Below, piece after piece: positions 28,341 to 36,767 of a stretch of 64,000 bases of DNA. The notes beneath the pieces are model-generated. The model was not told the DNA's origin and ran no database searches. It saw only the letters and a list, made by a program, of their open reading frames with translations. Within the stretch, counting starts at the first letter, position 1; each line of letters opens with the position of its first letter. The stretch covers positions 1 to 64,000 of the IMG/VR virus record IMGVR_UViG_3300034524_000011. One strand, given 5' to 3'. This DNA comes from a virus. The position numbers and the translations under genes are program-made.

Positions 28341-29432
28341 TTGGAAACACTACGAAATATTTACCCCACCATTTATGACTTCGAGAACCTCCACAAAGCA
28401 TACTTAAGCGCCAGAAAGAACAAGCGGTACCGAGGGGATGTACTGGAATTCACAGCAAACCTCGAAGAAAACCTTATCCAGCTGCAAAATGAACTGATTT
28501 ATAAGACATACCAAGTAGGTAGGTACCGGGAGTTCTATGTTTATGAGCCAAAGAAAAGGCTTATCATGGCCCTGCAGTTCAGGGACCGGGTAGTCCAATG
28601 GGCTATATACCGACACCTGAACCCATGGTTTGATAAGCAATTCATATACGACAGCTACGGCTGCCGAGAAGGGAAAGGCACCCACCGTGCAGCGGATCGA
28701 CTTCAATACTGGATAAGACAAGTGAGCAGAAAGGAGGGACGGTATTATTATTTAAAGCTGGATATTTCAAAATTCTTCTACCGGGTAGATCATGCAGTTT
28801 TAATGGACATTCTCCGGAAGAAAATCGAGGACCAGGACCTGCTGGATCTCCTCGAAAAAATTATCAACTGCGAACATACAGCATTTGGCCTGCCGGCATT
28901 TACGGACCCAGAAGACTGTTCCAGGGAGGACAGGCTCTTTGACAAGGGCATGCCCATAGGCAATTTAACCAGCCAGCTCTTTGCAAACATTTATTTGAAC
29001 GAGCTGGACCAGTACGCAAAGAGGGAGCTGCGGCTGCACTACTACATACGGTACATGGACGACATCATCATTCTTCACAACGACAAGCAGTACCTCCGGG
29101 CAATAAAGGATGACATCGAGAACTTTCTCTGGGAGCACTTAAAGCTGAACCTCAATAAAAAGACAGCAATCAGGCCAATAAGTCAAGGCATCGAGTTTGT
29201 AGGCTTCCGGATCTTTCCCACCCATCGCAAATTGAAAAAATCCAGCGTTAAGAAAATGAAAGCCAGACTGAAGTATGTCAGGTCCGCGTATGAACGCGGC
29301 GAAATTGACGAGGAAAGCCTGCGAGCAACGGAGGCATCTTATCTCGGAGTAATGAAACATTTCAACAGCTATGGATTACGGAAAGCTCTGGGTTTTGTAC
29401 CACCGGAGCAATCAGACGGGGAAAAGAGGTGA
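28341..29432 (+). CDS. DGR reverse transcriptase
   Basis: GMPIGNLTSQLFANIYL, YIRYMDD, LKLDISKFF; TTG start with GGAGG RBS. Confidence 0.97.
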   Translation: METLRNIYPTIYDFENLHKAYLSARKNKRYRGDVLEFTANLEENLIQLQNELIYKTYQVGRYREFYVYEPKKRLIMALQFRDRVVQWAIYRHLNPWFDKQFIYDSYGCREGKGTHRAADRLQYWIRQVSRKEGRYYYLKLDISKFFYRVDHAVLMDILRKKIEDQDLLDLLEKIINCEHTAFGLPAFTDPEDCSREDRLFDKGMPIGNLTSQLFANIYLNELDQYAKRELRLHYYIRYMDDIIILHNDKQYLRAIKDDIENFLWEHLKLNLNKKTAIRPISQGIEFVGFRIFPTHRKLKKSSVKKMKARLKYVRSAYERGEIDEESLRATEASYLGVMKHFNSYGLRKALGFVPPEQSDGEKR

Positions 29433-29441
29433 GTTTTATCG

Positions 29442-29759
29442 ATGCAATTTGATATGATAGCAGTTCTGGCCTTTATGGGAGTACCAAGCGCCGTAACAGG
29501 ATTATGCTTCTGGGCAATCCAGAGGAATATCTTAAAGCGGGACGCGAAGAGAGAAGAACTCGACAAGGCCAGAGAGAAGAACGAACTCTTAATGATCAAG
29601 GGAATAGGCGCTGCAATCGCTCTAGGAGAAGCTACAGCCCGCGCAATAAAGGACGGGAAATGCAACGGGGAGCTTACAGCAGCGCTGGAATACGCCCAGA
29701 AGGTAAAGCACGAGCAGAAAGACTTCCTAACGGAGCAAGGGGTGAAAAACTTGTATTAG
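29442..29759 (+). CDS. Holin-like membrane protein
   Basis: N-terminal TM helix plus coiled coil at the start of the lysis module. Confidence 0.6.
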   Translation: MQFDMIAVLAFMGVPSAVTGLCFWAIQRNILKRDAKREELDKAREKNELLMIKGIGAAIALGEATARAIKDGKCNGELTAALEYAQKVKHEQKDFLTEQGVKNLY

Positions 29760-29770
29760 GAGGCACGACC

Positions 29771-30052
29771 ATGAGGAAACGGAATAAAGGCAAGAAAAAG
29801 ATCGCATTTTCAAAAATCATTTTTGCGGGAGTATCGATAATGACCATTTCAGTGGTCATTTTTTCATGCAGGATGATTTATATCACCGGCGACCTTTCAC
29901 CGCTCGCTTACCTGATACCTTCGGTTTTTGCCGAGCTGGCCACGGCCACCGGCTTTTATTACAAGAAGGCAGAAAGGGAGAATACAAAGGGCGGTATTGT
30001 TTACGACTCTGCAATGGCAGAGAAGGTGAACAACGAGGAATACTCGGAATAG
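29771..30052 (+). CDS. Two-TM holin-like protein
   Basis: FSKII...two hydrophobic helices...FYYKKAEREN. Confidence 0.65.
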   Translation: MRKRNKGKKKIAFSKIIFAGVSIMTISVVIFSCRMIYITGDLSPLAYLIPSVFAELATATGFYYKKAERENTKGGIVYDSAMAEKVNNEEYSE

Positions 30053-30063
30053 GAGGTTAGACG

Positions 30064-31182
30064 ATGAACCTTAAAACTTTATTCTTAACTCAAAACAACT
30101 GCTATAAAGCAGGCAAAAGGCACACGGTAAAGGGAATCATGGTTCACAGTACCGGTGCCAACAATCCGTGGCTGAAGAGATACGTCGGCCCGGATGATGG
30201 ACTGCTGGGTCCAAACCCGAACAACAACCACTGGAACACACCGACACCAGGAGGCCGTAGCGTCTGCGTCCACGCTTTCATCGGGAAGCTGCAGGACGGC
30301 AGCATAGCAACATATCAGACCCTGCCCTGGGATATGGTAGGATGGCACAGCGGATCCGGTTCCCTTGGAAGCGCAAATAACGCCAACAACAACGGATATA
30401 TAGGCTTCGAGATCTGCGAGGACGACCTCACAGATCCGGTATATTTCAACCAAGTATACCAGGAAGCCGTGGAGCTTTGCGCGTATCTTTGCAAGATGTT
30501 TAATATTAAGCCTGAAAAGCCATGGCTTATATGCCATAGCGAAGGACACCAGCTCGGAATAGCCAGCAACCATTCTGACGTTATGCACTGGTTCCCACGC
30601 CATGGCAAGAGCATGGACACTTTCAGAGCAGATGTGGCCAAGAAACTGGCTGAAGGATCCACGGGACAAGCTGCCGGCCATCCCATCATGGGAAAGGCAA
30701 CAGCACCGGCACCACAGCCACAGCCAGGCGTTATGTATTATGTCCAGACAGGAGCTTATTCAAACAAGGCAAATGCAGACGCCCAGTATTACAAAGTGAA
30801 GGCAGCCGGCTTTGACGCCATAATCAAAAAATCCGGGAACCTTTACAGGGTACAGGTCGGAGCATTCTCCAAGAAGGCAAATGCTAACGCATTCGCGGCC
30901 AAGGTTAAGGCTGCAGGTTTTGACACCTATATAACGACCGCCGGCGGCACCCAGGTAGCAGCAGGGCCAGCAACACCGGCTCCAGCACCAAAGCAAACCA
31001 TCAAGGTAGGCAGCAAGGTCAAGGTAAAAAACGGAGCCAAGACATACACAGGAGGAAGCCTGGCCAGCTTCGTTTATAACACCGTTTATGACGTGCTGCA
31101 GATAAACGGAAACAGAGTGGTAATAGGCCTTAAAGGTCAAGTCACAGCAGCCGTAAGGCTTGAAGACTTGATACTTCAATAA
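30064..31182 (+). CDS. Endolysin: N-acetylmuramoyl-L-alanine amidase (Amidase_2) with SPOR repeats and a C-terminal cell-wall-binding domain
   Basis: IMVHSTG, IGFEICED, ICHSEG..SNHSD; two YxVQxGAy/fSxKANA repeats. Confidence 0.92.
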   Translation: MNLKTLFLTQNNCYKAGKRHTVKGIMVHSTGANNPWLKRYVGPDDGLLGPNPNNNHWNTPTPGGRSVCVHAFIGKLQDGSIATYQTLPWDMVGWHSGSGSLGSANNANNNGYIGFEICEDDLTDPVYFNQVYQEAVELCAYLCKMFNIKPEKPWLICHSEGHQLGIASNHSDVMHWFPRHGKSMDTFRADVAKKLAEGSTGQAAGHPIMGKATAPAPQPQPGVMYYVQTGAYSNKANADAQYYKVKAAGFDAIIKKSGNLYRVQVGAFSKKANANAFAAKVKAAGFDTYITTAGGTQVAAGPATPAPAPKQTIKVGSKVKVKNGAKTYTGGSLASFVYNTVYDVLQINGNRVVIGLKGQVTAAVRLEDLILQ

Positions 31183-31197
31183 AGAGGAGGAGTTTCA

Positions 31198-31623
31198 ATG
31201 AAGGAAATATTAACAACCCTTGTCCAGGTCGTCATTATTCCGGCCATACCTGTAGTGGCCACCTACCTGGTGAAATACCTGAAGGCCAAAGCAGATCAGA
31301 CCACGACAAAGATCAACAACGAGCTCGTCAGGACATATCTCCAGGAAGCAACAGACGCGGTACTTCAGGCCGTCACTTATACGGCCCAGACCTATGTCGA
31401 CACCCTGAAAAAGCAGGGCAAATTTGATAAGGAAGCGCAGCAGAAGGCATTTAATACAGCAAAGGATATAGCCTTAAAATTGCTCACGGACGAGGCCAAA
31501 CAGATGATAGAGGACCTATACGGAGATTTAATGCTATGGCTTGAGACCAAGATCGAGCAGACAGTCAAAGAACAGAAGACCTTCACCATGGGGGTGCTGG
31601 AGCCAATCCCAACAGAGGAATAA
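31198..31623 (+). CDS. Holin-like protein (LL-H type)
   Basis: Single N-terminal TM helix; QTYVDTLKKQGKF; follows the endolysin. Confidence 0.65.
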   Translation: MKEILTTLVQVVIIPAIPVVATYLVKYLKAKADQTTTKINNELVRTYLQEATDAVLQAVTYTAQTYVDTLKKQGKFDKEAQQKAFNTAKDIALKLLTDEAKQMIEDLYGDLMLWLETKIEQTVKEQKTFTMGVLEPIPTEE

Positions 31624-31630
31624 CACGGAC

Positions 31631-31671
31631 AAGGACCGCCGGGTATTTATTATATCCGGTGGTCTTTTTTT
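31631..31671 (+). terminator. Late-operon terminator
   Basis: AAGGACCGCCGGGTAT / ATATCCGGTGGTCTT followed by a T run. Confidence 0.8.
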
Positions 31672-31672
31672 A

Positions 31673-31719
31673 TTGACTATTAACCAACGGCGGTTTATAA
31701 TGTTCTCAAATAATGAGAA
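31673..31719 (+). promoter_or_regulatory. Sigma-A promoter with a repressor-type operator
   Basis: TTGACT-17bp-TATAAT (31673-31701) followed by TTCTCAAATAATGAGAA (31703-31719). Confidence 0.8.
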
Positions 31720-31733
31720 TTGGAGTGGTGATA

Positions 31734-31883
31734 ATGATAAAGAAAATTAAAACCTTTGATGTGAAGACAGAAGAACAGGAAAAGAGAATAGACCGCATGA
31801 TGAAAAGGGAAGGCTTTAAGTTAACACACCGGAGCCAGAGCAAGTTCGGAATTTACCTCATTTACGAACCCCAAAACAAATAA
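31734..31883 (+). CDS. Small hypothetical protein (49 aa)
   Basis: First ORF after the promoter, GGAGTGG RBS (read manually). Confidence 0.55.
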   Translation: MIKKIKTFDVKTEEQEKRIDRMMKREGFKLTHRSQSKFGIYLIYEPQNK

Positions 31884-31899
31884 CAAGGAGGCAGGATCC

Positions 31900-32163
31900 A
31901 TGACGAAACAAGAGTTCAAATCTCTCACAACCCGAGAATTCACCGACAAGGAGTACGAAGCGATAGAAACCGTTTATACATTCCACCCGGCCATAAGCGA
32001 GACAGAAGGCAAGAAACAGATCGCCAGCCTTTATGACACCTTGAGCAGGCAAAATAAAACGAGGAGGAAAGAACATGGGATACAGGGACGAGTGGAACGG
32101 GACCAAGAAGGAACTTATAGGCCTGGTAGAGTTTTGCATCGAAGACATCCGGAAAGAGCTTGA
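31900..32163 (+). CDS. Hypothetical protein, possibly truncated near 32040
   Basis: Strong RBS; tail overlaps the next gene out of frame. Confidence 0.45.
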   Translation: MTKQEFKSLTTREFTDKEYEAIETVYTFHPAISETEGKKQIASLYDTLSRQNKTRRKEHGIQGRVERDQEGTYRPGRVLHRRHPERA

Positions 32164-32401
32164 TATTAATATCAGCGATAGAGACATGCGGAAACTTTTC
32201 TGTGAAGCATTTGGCAGGAACATAGTGCAGGCCGAATTAAGAGAGATGATAGCTTACATCCTCGATGAAGAGGAGAAGGACGAGAACGAACGGAAGTGCA
32301 GAGTTTGTGGATGCACCGAGGATAACGCCTGCGAAGGTGGCTGCTACTGGGTAGAAGAGGATCTGTGCAGCAAATGCGCAGAAAAGATGGAGGAGGATTA
32401 A
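32075..32401 (+). CDS. Hypothetical protein with C-terminal Cys cluster
   Basis: CRVCGCTEDNACEGGCYWVEEDLCSKC. Confidence 0.65.
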   Translation: MGYRDEWNGTKKELIGLVEFCIEDIRKELDINISDRDMRKLFCEAFGRNIVQAELREMIAYILDEEEKDENERKCRVCGCTEDNACEGGCYWVEEDLCSKCAEKMEED

Positions 32402-32403
32402 CC

Positions 32404-32664
32404 ATGGGCAAACCTTACTACGAGCTGGACCAGGAGACCCGACATATCATCCTGGAGCTCCAAAAGAAGTGCATTGAACTGAACCTGGGAAATGTCAGCT
32501 TTCATTACTACCCCACCAGGACGCAAATGGAGGAAACAGAGTTTTATTTGACAGAGTACAAAGAATACTGGGAACTTGTCGTAAAGCAACGATGGGCAAA
32601 AACAGCCGACATCTACAGAATTAAAGACAGAAACATAACCTATTGCTATTCAGAAAAGGATTGA
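32404..32664 (+). CDS. Hypothetical protein
   Basis: GGAGG RBS, ATG at 32404. Confidence 0.6.
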   Translation: MGKPYYELDQETRHIILELQKKCIELNLGNVSFHYYPTRTQMEETEFYLTEYKEYWELVVKQRWAKTADIYRIKDRNITYCYSEKD

Positions 32665-32678
32665 AGGGAGGACCGGCC

Positions 32679-32831
32679 ATGACCAACGCAGCGGCAATCG
32701 GATATATGATAAAAGCGGCCAAACAGGCCAAGCTGGACAAGAAAACCATTAAGCAGCTGGAAGCCTTAATGCTGGAAGAGATGGACTTTCACACCGAGGA
32801 GGAGGCAGAGCAGGAATATTACAATTTTTGA
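32679..32831 (+). CDS. Small hypothetical protein
   Basis: GGAGG RBS; MTNAAAIGYMIKAAK. Confidence 0.6.
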   Translation: MTNAAAIGYMIKAAKQAKLDKKTIKQLEALMLEEMDFHTEEEAEQEYYNF

Positions 32832-32837
32832 GGAGGA

Positions 32838-33776
32838 ATGAGAATGAAGAATATAAGAGACAGAATCGCCGGCGCATTGTACGGCGTAGCAATAGGGGAC
32901 GCATTAGGAGCTCCCCTGGAGTTCATGAGCAAGGAGGAGATTTCCAGGAAGCATGGCCGGGTAACAGAGATGATCGGAGGCGGCTGGCTGAACGTGATAC
33001 CAGGAGAGATCACCGACGACACACAGATGACCCTGGCAGTAGCTGAAGGAATTATAGAGGACCCGGACAACCCGATTAAGGCCATCGGTAAAAGGTTTAT
33101 CGAATGGGCCAGGAGCGGACCGAAGGACATCGGAGGAACCTGCAGCATGAGTATCCGCTGGGCCATCTTCCTGGGCCAAAATGATGCGCCAGACGAAGAG
33201 AAATGGTTCGAGGCAAGTAAATATACCTCCAAAGCAAACGGAGGCCGTAGCGGCGGAAATGGAGCGCTTATGCGCACGGTTTACCCAGGTCTTTATTACA
33301 AGGATTTGCTGATGGCGGTAGAGACGGCCGGAGCCATAGCACAAATGACACACTGGGATAAAAAATCAACAGAGGCTTGTAATTTATACACGGAAATGAT
33401 ACACTTAATTATCGAATCGGTTAATAAGGAACAGGCCCTGCAGATTATAAGAGACGTGCTCCAGGGAAGCGAATACTGCCTGGAAACCAGGAAGCAGCTC
33501 AACCCCACCGGGTACGTCGTGGACAGTTTCAAATGTGCCTTGCACAGCATTGCAGTTTCGCCGACCTTTGAGGAAGCAATTACCGAAGCTGTCAACCTCG
33601 GAGGAGATGCAGATACCATTGCAGCAATTACCGGAGGACTCGCGGGAGCCATCTATGGATATAATATGATACCGGAACGATGGATAAACACACTTGCACA
33701 AGCAATCAAGAATCGACTCGATAGGCTCGTAGACGCAGCGGTGAAAAATAGGGAGGATGTTAACAAAAATGGATAA
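32838..33776 (+). CDS. ADP-ribosylglycohydrolase (DraG/ARH family)
   Basis: GVAIGDALG, TDDTQM, GNGALMR, GGDADTIAAITG. Confidence 0.95.
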   Translation: MRMKNIRDRIAGALYGVAIGDALGAPLEFMSKEEISRKHGRVTEMIGGGWLNVIPGEITDDTQMTLAVAEGIIEDPDNPIKAIGKRFIEWARSGPKDIGGTCSMSIRWAIFLGQNDAPDEEKWFEASKYTSKANGGRSGGNGALMRTVYPGLYYKDLLMAVETAGAIAQMTHWDKKSTEACNLYTEMIHLIIESVNKEQALQIIRDVLQGSEYCLETRKQLNPTGYVVDSFKCALHSIAVSPTFEEAITEAVNLGGDADTIAAITGGLAGAIYGYNMIPERWINTLAQAIKNRLDRLVDAAVKNREDVNKNG

Positions 33777-34224
33777 CATATATGTTGTATATAATGGTGT
33801 ATATGAAGAACGTGAAGTAGTTTTGGTTACTACCTCACAAGATATAGCGATTAGAAAATATTTACAAATGGATGAATCGCCATTTATAGAAATATGGCAA
33901 GACGGAAAGTTTATAACGGTATTTGGCGATATGAAGTCGGATAATACTATAAAGGATTACGAGTCAATTAGAGATGAAATAGAAAAAAGACTTAAAAGAG
34001 TGAATTTCATGGGTAAAATAGAAAAGATAGAAACTAAAGCCTACATAAGCGGAGTAGATACAGTAACCAATTTTGATGGCTATTCATATTTGGATATTTT
34101 ATTGCCTTTTGATAAGGCAATAAGAATTTTTAAAATAGCGAATAACCAACAAGCTGTACCATTTAAAGTTACTTTTGAATTGGAAGATAATACAAACAGA
34201 GCCAACGGTAAAAGAGGGAGATAA
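33769..34224 (+). CDS. Hypothetical protein (AT-rich)
   Basis: ORF with RBS; lower GC than flanks. Confidence 0.55.
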   Translation: MDNIYVVYNGVYEEREVVLVTTSQDIAIRKYLQMDESPFIEIWQDGKFITVFGDMKSDNTIKDYESIRDEIEKRLKRVNFMGKIEKIETKAYISGVDTVTNFDGYSYLDILLPFDKAIRIFKIANNQQAVPFKVTFELEDNTNRANGKRGR

Positions 34225-34228
34225 GAAA

Positions 34229-34684
34229 ATGGATAAAAATATTTATTTTCCAGATTGGTTAACGGCAAATATAATGATAAGATCATTTTTAAAACAGTTT
34301 GGAGTATATGCATGGAATTATGAGGATGAGCCAACAAGGCTAAATGTAACGTTCCTTCCGCCTGGAATTTTCTATACAGTCCCAGAGGAAGATAGAGAAT
34401 TATTCGTAAGAATATACAACATTTTTTCAAATTGGGTTCAATCCAAAACTAATTTTAAATCAGCCATTGAAAAATATGTATATTCTCCAATGGTAGAAGA
34501 TGTCAAAAAGAGAATTGAACATACAATTCAAAGCATTATGTACAACTACGAAAAAAAGAGCGGAATTGAAATGAAAATATATCTTGCTGCATGCTTTGGA
34601 ATAGAGCCAGCATTCATATTACCTAAAGAGTTATTAGAAGAACTGAACAGAGCAGCTGGCAGTATTCAAAGGGAGGTGAAGTAA
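34229..34684 (+). CDS. Hypothetical protein (AT-rich)
   Basis: ORF with RBS. Confidence 0.55.
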   Translation: MDKNIYFPDWLTANIMIRSFLKQFGVYAWNYEDEPTRLNVTFLPPGIFYTVPEEDRELFVRIYNIFSNWVQSKTNFKSAIEKYVYSPMVEDVKKRIEHTIQSIMYNYEKKSGIEMKIYLAACFGIEPAFILPKELLEELNRAAGSIQREVK

Positions 34685-35014
34685 ATGAGTGACACGAGTA
34701 TGATTAAAAAGTGGCAATATTATGCCGTTCATGCAAAGAAGAAAAGAATCAGGAAGAAATACAGGAATAAACTTAACAATCACATGCTTAAGCTAATCGA
34801 GTTTATATCGGTTAAAAAGAAACTGGAAGAAAAAACAACGGTTGACATCGATGTACAAGGCATGACGAGAGTAGATAAATTCAAGGTCAGGCTGCCAGAC
34901 GGTAGGATAGTCACACACCCAGCCTTCATACGTGACGGGAAGGAGATAGACTGCATTTATATCGGATCTCCAGTTTATGGGGAAGAAATGATGGAAATGG
35001 TAAAACAACGGTAA
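34685..35014 (+). CDS. Hypothetical protein with a segment resembling the DGR-target N-terminus
   Basis: MTRVDKFKV...THPAFIRDGKEIDCIYIG versus target MVRIPKFKI...THPAFIVNGIEVPEIYIS. Confidence 0.55.
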   Translation: MSDTSMIKKWQYYAVHAKKKRIRKKYRNKLNNHMLKLIEFISVKKKLEEKTTVDIDVQGMTRVDKFKVRLPDGRIVTHPAFIRDGKEIDCIYIGSPVYGEEMMEMVKQR

Positions 35015-35116
35015 AAAGAAGGCGCCATGCCAGGTGGAATTCCCATAACTACCAAAAGAAATTTTAATTAAACTGTAAAGCCTTACCAAAGCAGAAAGAG
35101 GAGGAATTGAACTAAA

Positions 35117-35410
35117 ATGGCAGCATACGGTAGGCCACTAAAAGGAAAAACAAGGCGCGTACCAATTACCGTACACGTATTAATAGGTATGCTTGATATT
35201 ATAGATGAGTATGTCAATGAAAGATACCAACAGCAAAAAGGATATTCACGTTCTGATTTTTATAATGAGGCGGCCAAATTTTACCTTGAACATTTGGGAA
35301 GATTGCCAGAAAGAAATGATGAGCGTACCAAAATCGTACCAAAAAAAATTGAAGAGAGAAATAAATATGATAATAAAGATAATATTAATAATATAAATGA
35401 GCAAAAATAA
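35117..35410 (+). CDS. Ribbon-helix-helix-like DNA-binding protein
   Basis: GRP..RVPITVHV....DIIDEY......SRSDFYNEA pattern. Confidence 0.6.
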   Translation: MAAYGRPLKGKTRRVPITVHVLIGMLDIIDEYVNERYQQQKGYSRSDFYNEAAKFYLEHLGRLPERNDERTKIVPKKIEERNKYDNKDNINNINEQK

Positions 35411-35532
35411 GGTGAAATAGCATAAAAAACTTTTCTACAATCGAGTGGGAATAACAGCAAAAAATCCGGAAACCAGCATGAAACCTGGTATTCCGGATTT
35501 AATTTTTATGAAATCGTACCAAAAGCGTACCA
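35323..35532. other. attP-like site: arm-type repeats (CGTACCAAAA pairs) flanking a guaA 3'-end core
   Basis: Repeat pairs at 35323-35344 and 35511-35532; core TCTACAATCGAGTGGGAATAA = STIEWE* at 35434-35454; adjacent to the integrase 3' end. Confidence 0.85.
35462..35507. terminator. Hairpin after the guaA-like stop (replacement terminator, probably bidirectional)
   Basis: AAATCCGGAA-ACCAG...CTGGT-A-TTCCGGATTT. Confidence 0.7.
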
Positions 35533-35556
35533 CTTTTAATTTTTTGACCCTTTTTT

Positions 35557-36708
35557 CTAATTTTTTGAGATTTCTTTTTCTACTTTTTCGAGATCCAAAA
35601 CGACTGCAGAAGGACTTTCATTTTTGATGGTAGCATGCCGATTTAGATCAGCAGCAACCTGCTCCATCTTGTTTGGATACAGATGTGCATAGGTAGACAT
35701 GGCCACCTCGACAGTATCGCCCAGGCGCTCGGCCACAGCCACGATGGAATAACCCAGCTCAACCAGCAAGGCAGCATGAGAATGACGGAGATCATGAACG
35801 CGGATCCGTTTCACGCCGGCAGCCTTGGCCGCCTCATTGAGAGCACGCCCCAGAGTTCCCTTCTGGAAGTAGAATATACGGTCGTGCTCGTCGATATCAT
35901 ACAGAGCATTGATATACCGCATGACCTCATCATAGAGGAAATCAGGCATTGAGACATCCCGGTAACTGTTGTCGGTTTTAGGAGGCCCGTTCTTATCCTG
36001 GCCTTTGCGCCGGTGGTGAGTTTTTTCAATGCGGGCAATCTTTGAGGGAAGGATATCGGCAGGCTGCAGAGCGAGGCACTCGCCTTCACGGAGGCCCAGC
36101 CAGTACATGAGCATAAAGGCAACACGGAAGCTCCAGTTTGTGACGTAAGCCATGGCCTGGTTAAATTCAGACAAGGTCCAGAATTTCATCTTCCCGGCCT
36201 TCTTTTTACCCATGAAGCCGGCAGGATGGCACGGATTAGACTTCAGGTTATAGAACTTAACCGCATAATTGAAAATGGCCGACAGCCGGCTATTTAACGA
36301 CCGGATATAGGTTTCAGAATACTTTTTACCGGTCCGAGGATTTATGGCAGACATGACGGTGTTCTGCCAGTTCCGGATCGTCACGGCGTCAATTTCATTC
36401 ACCGGGAGCTCACCAAAGTAAGGGAGCAGCCACTTGTCGATGATGGAATCCTGCGTGCCCTGCGTACCTTCCCGGACACGATGCTCGGCGTCGGCCCGGT
36501 ACAATTCCACCAGGGAGGCAAACGACATTTCACAGTTCCGGCTATTCTTCAGGAGAAACTCACGCTCGAATGCCTGGGCATCCGACTTTTTATCGAACCC
36601 TTCTTTTTTCTTTTTTCGCCTCTTGCCGGTCCAATCAGTATACCAGAAGGCGGCGTACCATTTTTTAGCTCCACTTTTAGTTTCGTACTTATAGACAGGC
36701 AATCGCAT
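35557..36708 (-). CDS. int: Tyrosine integrase with N-terminal arm-binding domain
   Basis: GLREGE, HDLRHSHA, TYAHLY; N-terminal WYAAFWYTDWTGKRRKK..GF. Confidence 0.95.
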   Translation of the reverse strand: MRLPVYKYETKSGAKKWYAAFWYTDWTGKRRKKKKEGFDKKSDAQAFEREFLLKNSRNCEMSFASLVELYRADAEHRVREGTQGTQDSIIDKWLLPYFGELPVNEIDAVTIRNWQNTVMSAINPRTGKKYSETYIRSLNSRLSAIFNYAVKFYNLKSNPCHPAGFMGKKKAGKMKFWTLSEFNQAMAYVTNWSFRVAFMLMYWLGLREGECLALQPADILPSKIARIEKTHHRRKGQDKNGPPKTDNSYRDVSMPDFLYDEVMRYINALYDIDEHDRIFYFQKGTLGRALNEAAKAAGVKRIRVHDLRHSHAALLVELGYSIVAVAERLGDTVEVAMSTYAHLYPNKMEQVAADLNRHATIKNESPSAVVLDLEKVEKEISKN

Positions 36709-36767
36709 ACCCCCTTTTACAAAAGCCCCGGCCAGGAAGCAGGCCAGGGTTTAATTTTTCCCGAAGT

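Larger units (their letters stand above)
1..35454 (+). mobile_element. Prophage/phage copy A, right part (packaging, morphogenesis, DGR, lysis, accessory) ending at the att core
   Basis: Continuous phage gene order with no host genes; ends at the guaA-like att core at 35434-35454. Confidence 0.85.

Noticed and set aside
28341-29432. RT as a group II intron, retron or Abi RT
   Set aside because: Short RT with the SQ motif, no maturase or endonuclease domain, and flanked by avd, TR and VR
35690-35730. Integrase has LGD in place of the usual LGH
   Set aside because: This position varies among tyrosine recombinases; R, HxxR and Y are intact, so there is no evidence of inactivation
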